Both the position numbers and the translations under genes were made by a program. From Takakia lepidozioides (taxonomy: Eukaryota; Plantae; Bryophyta): a DNA stretch of 64,000 nucleotides. The notes below the pieces were generated by a model. That model saw nothing but the letters and a program-made list of their open reading frames with translations, was not told the DNA's origin and did no database searches. Positions 51,201-61,173 of this stretch are shown here, piece by piece. The stretch is from positions 21,142,001 to 21,206,000 of the forward strand of contig CM060731.1 of the NCBI GenBank assembly GCA_030704615.1. Direction: 5' to 3'. Positions within the stretch are counted from its first letter, which is position 1. Every line of letters begins with the position of its first letter.

Positions 51201-53236
51201 AGGAGGAGGAGGAAGAGGAAGAGGAGCTTGAACTGAACGAAGAGGAGCTGGAAGACGGCACGACCTCTGTTGACACACTTTCTACGTATGCTTGCTTACC
51301 TTGTCATGGCAGGGATTTCCTTAATTTCCGCATGTATCTTCTTGTTCTCAACCCCAGCTCTTTATTGCTAGAACAGCTATGTAGCTGCATTTGAGTAAAA
51401 CCACTGTGATCATCCAGTCAGCTGATTACATATGGATCTTTGTTTGCACAGGACACCTACTGGTGTTGAAACACCCGATGTCATCGACCTGCGCAAGGCA
51501 CAGCGTAAAGAGCCTGAAAAACCACTGTATCATGTAAGTTATGAGATTTTGATGTGTCTGTACAAGCCGAGCATGGTCCTGCTTTATTAAATCTTAAAGG
51601 CCTATAAGCTGTCATACAGTCTAGGGTTGATCTCCTTCTACTTATGTTTCCTTGACCCTTCACAGGATTAAGCCTTCTCCACATGGAGGCTTATAAAAAC
51701 AGAGATTTTCACGTTGTCTGGAAGTGGGAAAATTTGGGCTGCAGCTTTGGGTTGATGTGCTCTGAAGATGAAGGTTGAAGTATGTCTGAGATGTAATGGT
51801 TGTGGCAGGTTCTTGAGGAGAAGGAGGAACGCATTCAACCAGGGACCCTCATGGGCACAAGTCACACGTATGCTTTTCAAACCTTCTGTTCTCTTTGAAG
51901 AGTAGTGGTATGTAGGACAGTCTTGTTGACAGGTATTGTTTTCCTCAATCTTTTGAAGGGAACTCCGGTCCTGCATTGGGAGGTCTGGGGAGATCAGGAA
52001 TACTAGCAACAAGGTGTATAGCTGGGACAAGTGGTTCCTGTATTGCATTAGATCTCAGATTCTCACTTGTGCTATTTCCTTTCCAGGTATGTGCTTCCCA
52101 CAGGTGACAAAGCGGCATCCAAGAAGGTACATGCGCCATCCGGTCCCTCATTTCCCGTCTTTGTCTGTCTATTTCTGTGTGCTTCTATTTGGTGCCATCT
52201 CCTAATCTCTGCTCTCATTGATAGGATGCTACACATTCCGACTCTCTATACTTTTGCCCTGATTTAATGAGCAGATCAGATCTTCTCAATACTTTTCTGG
52301 TTACCTTTAATTGTTGAGTATGGTGCTATCTCAATACTTATAAGGATATATATTGCCCTCATTTAATGTTTTTTCGTTTGGGATCCCTTTGGTTTGATTT
52401 TGTTATTTTTCTAATTTAAGGTTGGGACTTCACATGTAACCACACTACTGGCTGTATTATTCAGGTTGATTTGCTCAAGAGCCAGAGGACTGATAAAGTG
52501 GATATTACTCTTCGCCCAGAGGAACTGGAGGGACTCGATGATGTTGCCCTTGCTGCCAAGTAAGGATTATGCATCTCCCAAGGCCTTCATCGTGTGTAGG
52601 CTAAGAGCAATGCAGATTTTATGGATCCAACCTCTTAGACTTCATCTGTATGTAACTTACATGAGAGATTGCATATCTTGTGTAGAGGTGTGCACATAAC
52701 GTTCTAGAGCATCGAACTGGCCCTGGCAGCTTTGGCATCTGGAGGTGAGGGTTCAATATTCCGTGAGAAACTCACGTTTTTCGCCAGCTGGTCTTGATGC
52801 CATCAGTGGTCTTGGGTGTCCACTGTTGATAATATGGGGACTTGTGGGTGTAGATATGAGGAAGCTAGCCATGAAGCCACTCTTGCGACACAAAGAGAGG
52901 ACTTCAGCGACATGGTTGCCGAGGTCTTTTTCCTCCTTAATAATCTTGTTTCAAGATGCCATATAGATGTCTCATGTTTGCTGTACATTGTGGTCATGTT
53001 TAATTGCCAGGATGCAACAGTTGTGAAAGTACTGTTGGTCAGGAATTGCTGGATCAGTGGATCAGTGTGGATCAGTGTGGTGTATGTCTGTGGCTGTTAT
53101 TGTGGGAAATGTCACCCTCAGATATACTAAGCAGGGTGTTGGGATGTTATTTCTAATTCAGGTGGAAAAGAAGAGAAAGCGGAAAGCACAGGAGAAGGAA
53201 GGGAAGGCTAAGAAGCAGAAGGATTTCAAGTTTTAG
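45257..53236 (+). CDS. SF3B2: Splicing factor 3B subunit 2 (SAP145); exons 45257-45541, 46015-46161, 46486-46614, 46783-46845, 47128-47235, 48345-48422, 48878-48970, 49360-49446, 49745-49846, 50262-50381, 50841-50903, 51140-51285, 51452-51533, 51809-51867, 52087-52126, 52465-52559, 52854-52923, 53162-53236
   Basis: DUF382 motifs YRNTVPVPRHWCQKRKFLQGKRGIEK, FQLPDFIAATGIEKIRQ and PKMGKMDIDYQVLHDAFFKYQTKP. PSP domain PPPWLINMQRYGPPPSYPHLKIPGLNAPIP. Ends KDFKF. Canonical GT-AG junctions. Confidence 0.96.
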
Positions 53237-53787
53237 GTCTGTCCTATGGTGGTGTTTGGGAGTCTTTGGTCAAGGCATTAAAGTACACATTTAAAATGTT
53301 GTGTATGGTCTGCCGAGTGTAAACAGTTTGAATAGCTGGAAATGTAGTACCTAGGTCACTAGTCTCACGAGTATCAGGAGGGAGGGTCACTCTTGTGTAA
53401 TCTGTGCAAATGTGCTCTCTTTCACTTCGGTTTTCTTTATGAAACTTGACAGGTTCTAAAACGTCCCCTGCAACTGTAGGGAAAGATATTCTAGTGCACA
53501 CCGTACGGAGTACGTAGCAAATTGTCACAAGCTGTCAACTTGAGTGAGTGGAATGTTATTAGTCACATTGCAAACCTTTGAAAGGAATTGAATAGATCTT
53601 TTCACATATAATCTTGTCTATATGAGATGGATTCAAGGGTTCCATCTGGTCTGGTCTCAGATGATTCATGCCTTGCATTGCATAGCAGGACAACCAAATG
53701 TCAGTCACACATGTATGACAGATGTAGCCTTTGGAGCTTGTTTTTCAGTCTGCAAATTTAATTGCTAATTTTGCAGCTACGCTGGAG

Positions 53788-53883
53788 ATGTTACTGCCCT
53801 AGTATTCTTATAATTGGAAGCTGTATGTTATTGCTATGTTACTGCCCTAGTATTCTTATAATTGGAAGCTGTATGTTATTGCT
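53788..53883. repeat. Perfect 2 x 48 bp tandem duplication
   Basis: atgttactgccctagtattcttataattggaagctgtatgttattgct occurs twice, adjacent. Confidence 0.95.
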
Positions 53884-54239
53884 CCTTGAGGAACCTTAAG
53901 CGGCTCACAATGTGTTGCAGGACTTGTCCTGGATAGCAGGACTGCTTCTCTGAAGCAAGAACACATACTCCGATGGATATTCAAAGTAGGGTTGGCCAGC
54001 CAGCAAGCCCCGCATGGAATGTCTCTTTGCCCTTCTTGGTCCTCTCTGCAAGTAATGATGATGAAACCAGAGGTGTATGCAACATGATTCAATCCCCCTC
54101 TTCACAAGTTGGACTGAAGGCATGGACATAACTTTTGGTAGACAAGTAGTCCCAAAGTAAGGCATGAATGTTAAACCTTCAAGGTCTACAGCTTTTTTCG
54201 GGAAGAATTGGAATCTTATAACCTTTTTGTGAGCACGAA

Positions 54240-54505
54240 AGTTCTCTGCAACCTTTGCAAAGTAGGAAAAAAATTCGCAAATTTTATTGAAATTCCTAAA
54301 TGTCTGAGCCAATTGAAACTCCATAGGAGCACACCAGTGTTGTACTGGTATGTAGGGTATTCCGGGTATTAATATTGGGTATGAACCTGGTATTCCAGAA
54401 CCTACCAGGCGGATACGTGTCAGGCCGCAAAACCTAGGGTAGACCAGTACTATCCCTTTGCTACCAGGCTCATACCCTTCCAAAAGCCGTAGCTTGATAC
54501 TAGTA
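54240..54505. mobile_element. MITE-like repeat related to the 20330-21010 element
   Basis: accagtgttgtactggtatgt (~54333) is the exact reverse complement of acataccagtacaacactggt (~20991). Both regions carry multiple ggtat/atacc subrepeats. Confidence 0.55.
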
Positions 54506-54510
54506 CTCTA

Positions 54511-54820
54511 GACACAGATTGCCCCATTTTTCCTCTGGATTCCTGGGAGTGATTTTCTTTCTGGCGAAAAATCGCCAGATTTCGACCTGGAAACTCGGTC
54601 AGCTACTTGTATAAAGGAATTATGGGGGGTAAAATCCGAGATTTTCGCCAAAAAGCACCAGGAGATAAATTTTAGGAGCCTAATCTTGCCGATGTGGACC
54701 AATGAATCGTTCAGCTTCGGGGAGAGGTACCGAAAGCTGCCTGTTTGCAATCACATATTTCACCAGAAGTGCATTGATAAGTGGCTGCAGATTGTAGCTA
54801 CCTGCCCAGTTTGCAAGTAA
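54511..54820 (+). pseudogene. RING-H2 (ATL-like) fragment interrupted by a ~170-bp insertion
   Basis: 54701-54820 encodes [39 protein letters not shown]. 54511-54528 encodes DTDCPI, the missing start of the finger. Confidence 0.7.
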
Positions 54821-56789
54821 AATTAGATGCTCAAAAGACTTTAAGAGATTGGGTACAATGTTAGAAACTGTTTGTAAGAATGTACCTACTTGAGCACAAG
54901 AAATTTTGGAATATCCAACGTGTTTAAATTCGCTGGCGAAACACTAAGAGCATGGCATCTGCATATTGTTGAGCATCTGCATTATGGGCCCGATCAAGTG
55001 AGATTAATTGCTCTTGTTGTTCTAGCGTTGATGTTCTGTTTTATCTCCATGTGTTGTGAAGCTATAATATATAACTGAAATTAGAAATCAATCCCACTTC
55101 ATTGCCTTAAATGGGTGAAGAACCATCTTTCTCTTCCACTCTGCTTTGTGGAAAGTGGGTCTCAGACAGCTATGAATAGCAAAGACGTAACACGAGCAAG
55201 CCCAAGAAGCTTGGGAAGGCTGTAATATCAAGCAGCCATGTAGAACGAAGAGCACCAGTAAAACAACTTTTGCACAATTGCACCAGGCAGTTAAATATAC
55301 TTTCAGACAATAGGATGTTCCAAGCTTGCACAATGGTAGAACTCATATCATCATTTCTCTTTCTCCATCACTGTATATTATGAGAGTAGTCCTAGATTGT
55401 AGTCCTGGCTCTTGTTGTCTTACCTCGACACCCGACCTCTAGCCATAGCATTGGTGGTTGTTGGTCAGAACCATAAGTCGATTGTCTTTTTAATGTTCAT
55501 TGGAGTGTACCATGACGCGAGCCTCCATCCAATTTTTCATTGTACCTGTCCATGCACAAAAACAGGCTCCCATACCTGGTGTATTAGAACACCAAGAGTT
55601 CCAGGAGAACATCTAGTGGGGCTAAGCGTATGGCAATCTTGACATTCACAATGAGTGCATCTGTTAAAACTGTTGTTTCTTAGATTTCATGCCAGCTTCC
55701 ATTTCAATGACTTTGACTGTTTGCTTCAAGAGATTATCTAAGGTTAACCTCGCTGCGAGCATAGACCAAATCTTCTGCATTTGTTGCTCCGAGAAGTATC
55801 TTCTGGTGAGCCGTCAGGCAGGCATTGTATATCGTTAGAGTGTGCCATTGCTCACCTTGGAGACAAAGGATATCCTTAAATTACGTCCTCGAAACCTTTT
55901 GCCCTCGAAACCATTGAATAATGACGTTCTCAACGATACCTTCATTTTTTGCAGGCGAGAATCAATACATTTGCTTATTTCGCTGGCGAATCCCGTTGTT
56001 TGCCTCATTTTTCAATGTCGGTGGAGATATTTCATTCCTCAAGAATTCTCTTTTTATCATGTTCAATTATCTTCGAACGTCCTACTTCTTTATTTTTCTT
56101 AATTTCCAAATCCTTCAATCTCTTTGCTTCGATTAATGTCTTTTGCCTCAGCAAGATAACGTAAAGCTTCAGACTCAAACTCATAAAGAAACTCAACTGA
56201 GTTTGGCTAGCCTTCCTCCACACTATGCTGCCACAACCTAATTAAATATGGAGAAAATCCGTGAAACCTTAGAACCCTTGCAAGACCTACCTACCGTGCA
56301 ACTAGGTACGTCCATATTATCAGTTGAATCAATCTAAACCCTCCATAGCGAGTAATCGGAAAGGCTAGCCATTCCCTGCAGCTAGTTATGTCAAGTAACC
56401 TCCTCGAAGCCCTTGGTTACCCTTTCATTATTTCGATGGCGAATCCCTTTGTTTGCCTCATTATACGAAGTCGTTAAATGATTGTTTGTTTTTTAGGTGT
56501 CATGGATGGTGTTGGTTATTATGTGTTTGTTGTGTGTTGTGGGTAGGATACCATATCTGTAAATATTTGGAACATGGAGCTTGTAGATATACATTACGGA
56601 TGCCCACTTTCATTAGGGTTTAGGGATATAATAAGGGGCAGATATAGGCACGAAAATAGTCACCCAACAATGATTTTCGCTATTACGGAAACCTAATCCT
56701 GTGAATTCTATTTCCGTGGAAACATGTAAACCCTATTGCCGTGTTTCGTGCTCACGCCTATGTTTTCCGTCACGTTTCTAGCAACCCCC

Positions 56790-56860
56790 CAAGTGCACTA
56801 AGTGCGACCCAGATGATTCTGGGGTCAAATCTTGCTACTGATGGGTGTGGTATACTCTGC
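56790..56860 (+). mobile_element. SINE-like repeat, family B
   Basis: Aligns with the reverse complement of 21340-21400. Confidence 0.55.
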
Positions 56861-56926
56861 TCCACGGTTCCGGGTGGTGTCCCATTCCTGCGCCTCATGG
56901 CGCGGTTACTGTGAAAGAGGTTAGAC

Positions 56927-57105
56927 AACCAACATGTAGCCTAGTGGTAATGGGCACATATCACGTTGGATGTGATTGTGGTTCAAATCACAGGCTAGTG
57001 TGTCATGAAGGTGTCCACCTTTCAACTGGAAGGTAGTAGCCCTTTTGCTGAAGAGACACCATAATCTACACTCCCTTCGCGAGGCGTCTACATATATATA
57101 TATAT
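56927..57105 (+). mobile_element. tRNA-derived SINE, family A, apparently full-length copy with (TA)n tail
   Basis: A-box TAGCCTAGTGG (56937), B-box GGTTCAAATC (56980), shared 3' body, then catatatatatatat. Confidence 0.78.
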
Positions 57106-58049
57106 GTTTTTTGAAAGAGGTTATTTTCTCTTCTCACTATGAGGGATTTGTGAGCTGTTGCTCCCAGGTGTTTCCTTAAAAAAAAAAAAAAAACAATCAT
57201 GACGACCGAATAGACCCCATCAACAAATTAACAATTCATCCATTGCCGTATTTTCTGGACGTTGTTCTCAGAAGTCGTCGCGAGTAGTGCGGAGCAACGC
57301 GAGGCCCTAGTATTTATTGTATATGTTTATCCCCTCGGCCCACACAGAGATTTGAGCCCTAGCTCCGGTGGGCATGGGTAAGTAAGAACCATCCAAAGAT
57401 GAAGATAGTGCACAGAGTGTAGTCCATCCATCCCTTGTTGCTCCTCAAAAGTCGGCGGAGAAGCAACGAGAGAGAAAGAACAAAGAACGGTTTGCGTGCT
57501 TGTCATGTCCGCAGAGCGTGACTACGAGATAGTCAGTTGAGCAGGTGTCTACTTAGAGGGATGGGCCACTACAGACCTCGGAGACCATTTATCTGGCAAG
57601 ATGAAATGACAGAGGTTCGCGAGCTCTTTCGAAGAGTTGCACGTGTTAAACACAGTGGCTTCACTGGATTTAGTGTCTGGGGGGAGGAAACCCCCACAGC
57701 AGAGACCCTAAGTAAAAATCGTTTGAGGAGGCGGCGAGCTCAGTTTGCAGTTGACCTCACACATTTGAATTACAAGGAACCCCCTTTTGAAGCCTTAACG
57801 CACTTGCACAACATCCGGGGTATGTGCTCCCGCATCCAACGGCAGGTACATTTGTGCTTTAATTCAGAATTGTGCCTTTTTCTTTATGTTTGAAAAGTTA
57901 GACTGTTGGAGGATTTGTCTTGTCCTCTCTCTCCGATCCTATTTCTCTTTGAAGACCTCTTCAGTGCTCTTCAGTGTCGCTTCAGACAGAAGTGCCCCCT
58001 ACAGACGATGAATTCTGCAGTGAGTGCATTTTCAAGTTTGCTGATGAGT

Positions 58050-60621
58050 AAAACTACAATGGCAGGAGACATTCACCGAGAGAAAGAAAAAGGATGTGGA
58101 TTTGGAGGTGAGTCCTGCATTGCTTCGTCGGCCAATGACAGCGACCAATCCTCGCAGGGCGAAACAAAACCCAGACTTCGGCAGGCCTCACTCAGCTCCT
58201 ATCCCTGACCTGGGGCAACCCCCACTACAGTATGCACCTCCAAAGCCTAAATTTTTATATGATGTCACCCACAGGTCTACGAGGACTTCCAGAACAAGTG
58301 GTGCTTCTTCGGACTGCCCTCCTGTGAGTCGCAGTAACTCTAGGCATTATCACTGCAAGAGCGCTGATTATTCCTCAGTGAGTCCAGGTTTGCACAATAT
58401 TTCTAATATTACTAGCTCATTGAATTATTTTGACAGATGTATTTAGGTTGCATTGGATCTATCTAATAGACAGGATCCTATTTATCTGGGCTACCAGGCA
58501 TTGATGATGGAGGTCTGGTTGCACTTGAATCAATTATGATATCTTTTGATTGAGGGTGCCGGAGACCCAGGTAAAGGATTGGTATACGGTGGGCTGCATG
58601 AAGCATGAAACGTCCTACATGAATGTTTGCAGATAATTTGCAACATCTAGGATGATCTCTTGCAAATTCTTCAACCTGTAGTTCGTATCTACAGCATGGA
58701 ATTAAGTCTTACTTATATTTAATTGGGCTTACAGAGGATGTAGGTGCAAGAGAAGACAACGAGAAGCCACAGAAACTTATATATCCACGGGAAGCCCAGA
58801 GAGGGTTGGGGGGTGGAATGGATAGGAGCTTGGTTCAAATAGATCATTGTGGGTGCCAACCTAATGTGGCCAAAAACAGGGATAGAGAGACACTAAATGC
58901 ATTTAGGCAGAAGCAAAGGATTTATTTTGTAGCTACGAAGAGAAGAGAAGATGCTGTACAAAGAGAAAAATCACATCTGACTGAAATTTTTCATCTGCTT
59001 ATTTGGCAGAAGGCTCAAACCGGTCATCCCCTGGCCTTGATAAGAAGATGTTGAGCAGCGAACTTCATAGCTTTTCTGACCAGACTTATGGCGAGTCTTC
59101 CCCAAGATCAATTTATTCAGAGCATCCTGGAGCAAGACAAGGTGGTAGTAGACCTGTGATAATGGCTGCACAGCACATAGAAAGACCTCCCTCACGAATG
59201 ATGCATGAACGGCCTCTGTCAGAAAACCGCACTGAAAGACCTTTATCTCGGAATGTGGTAGATAGGCTCCCGTTAGAGAGACTCAATATGAACCGGGTGG
59301 GGGACATCTCGTCTTTGATGTCATCAAGCAATGTGGAGATCACATCATCTAAGAGAGACTCACTAAGTCTTGCACGGTCAATCCACGGTGATTCGCGAAG
59401 GACTGGTATGACATCTCTCTCCCTCTCTCTATCCTTATTATGTGTCATAGGAGAGTTAAGGAAAAAGTATTACATCTCCCTTCTCTGTCTCTCATCTCTT
59501 TGAATTACAATGTTTGTACGTTCTTACCATATTGAGTGGCATAGTTGCCTTTACTCCCACTCAATCTATCCTCAAAGGTTTCAGTGAAGAGTATTTGCCT
59601 TAGCAATTAGTTCTCAAGTATAAATCAATTCTGCTGTCTTTCAATAGGTGTGAAACATCCCCCTTCGGGAAAATCTCAGGAGGAACCCATCTTTTATGTA
59701 CCTCCTGCAGCCTATGATGCATCATCAGAGAGGGCTCTAGTACCAGTCTTAGAAAGGCCAGGTTCCTCCCCTATCAAAGTTTTTCCCAATGGTGAGATCA
59801 TTAGGCAACTATCTCCCCGTGGAGTCGGGGCAGAGGCCATTGACTTCCGCAGGTGGTCGAATGCACCTCATGAAAGTGGATGAAGCTGAGCTTGCCCCTT
59901 TGAAGCAAAGAGTGAAGTTCGCTAGTCCATCTCGACGGCCTGAGACAAGAAAAAGTAATCACGATTTTCACTCCAAGTACTTAGAGGAATCATCACAGGA
60001 AGATTCATGGTCACAGAGAACCCAAGAAGACTTGTTGATCGAGTCTGAAAGAGTGGATGCCCAGAGAATTGTGAGCAGTTCACCTCTGTCCAGTATCTCC
60101 AGAGGGGGCAGTGATGCAGAGCCTTTTGATGAAAGAATTGGTACGATGGAGGATAGCCATGTTCTGATCAAGCATTCGTCAGACCCATATCTTGACTTCA
60201 GAAACTCCATGTTGGGCATGATTCGGGAGGAGCACTTGCAGGTATGACAGCACACACTCTGTCCTTCACATCTCTATTTGAAGAATAAAGTACTGCCATG
60301 CTTTTGGTAATGTCATTCTCTTGAAGTTGGACTGGAAGATTGCAGTATTGTTGGATCCATTGGTAGGGATTGGAGGGTGCTTTAACAGAATCAGTCAAAG
60401 TTTGATGTCCATGAGTAACTTCTACAAAATCTTTACATGGTTCATTCTAACCCTAGATCTTTTCCACTCTTCCCCAGGACCGGCATGTTGAGATGGAAGA
60501 GCTCTTTCAATATTACTTGGATCTCAACCCTGTTGTCCACCACCATGTTCTCAAGCAGGTTGTTGCAGACATCCGGAAAGATGTGTTGGCAGGCAGGTTG
60601 GGAGTTGACCACAGTTTTTGA
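58050..60621 (+). CDS. OVATE family protein (OFP), multi-exon; confident exons 59010-59405, 59648-59791, 59853-60241, 60478-60621; 5' exons (58050-58387, ~58735-58850, perhaps 57561-57845) uncertain
   Basis: OVATE domain SHVLIKHSSDPYLDFRNSMLGMIREE|...EMEELFQYYLDLNPVVHHHVLKQVVADI. A 61-nt intron at 59792-59852 resolves the apparent frameshift. Confidence 0.8.
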
Positions 60622-61173
60622 GATTGCAAGTGTAGTATAACCTATATGTGTTCTTCGCCTGTGGAACTATAGATGATATCTCATAGAACGGACATGAATT
60701 CGTCCTACCTGAATCTCCCAGGGCCACAGGGTGGAACCAAGGGTTCAATGACCCCGCCCCCAGTCATGCACAAAAATCCTTCACTTCCTCCCTGGAAATG
60801 AACAACAAGCGAGTTGTACCAGTTGGCATCTATCATCTTTCCGGTTTGAGTTGCTTGAGTGGTCTACAACCATTTCCCAACTTGCGAGATGGTTTTGCAG
60901 TGTATGTTGAAAGATGAATGATCAGATCAAAATCAATTCTCTTGGAACTTTAGTCACAATTCATTTACAAATCTCAGGACCAGTTTGGAGAGTTGCATTT
61001 CATGCAAGGCATCCAAATTGAAAACATTATTTTGTGTAGGAAGATGGGAGATGACACCTGCAATTATCTAGATTGACGAAAGACCATGACATAGACATTG
61101 AAGCATAAGGGGGTAGATCTGGCAGCGGAGAAATCGAGCAGAAAATGTATGTCAATCAATCCATGTGGACTAT

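Noticed and set aside
59650-59900. Frameshift in the OVATE gene
   Set aside because: Resolved by a 61-nt GT-AG intron at 59792-59852.
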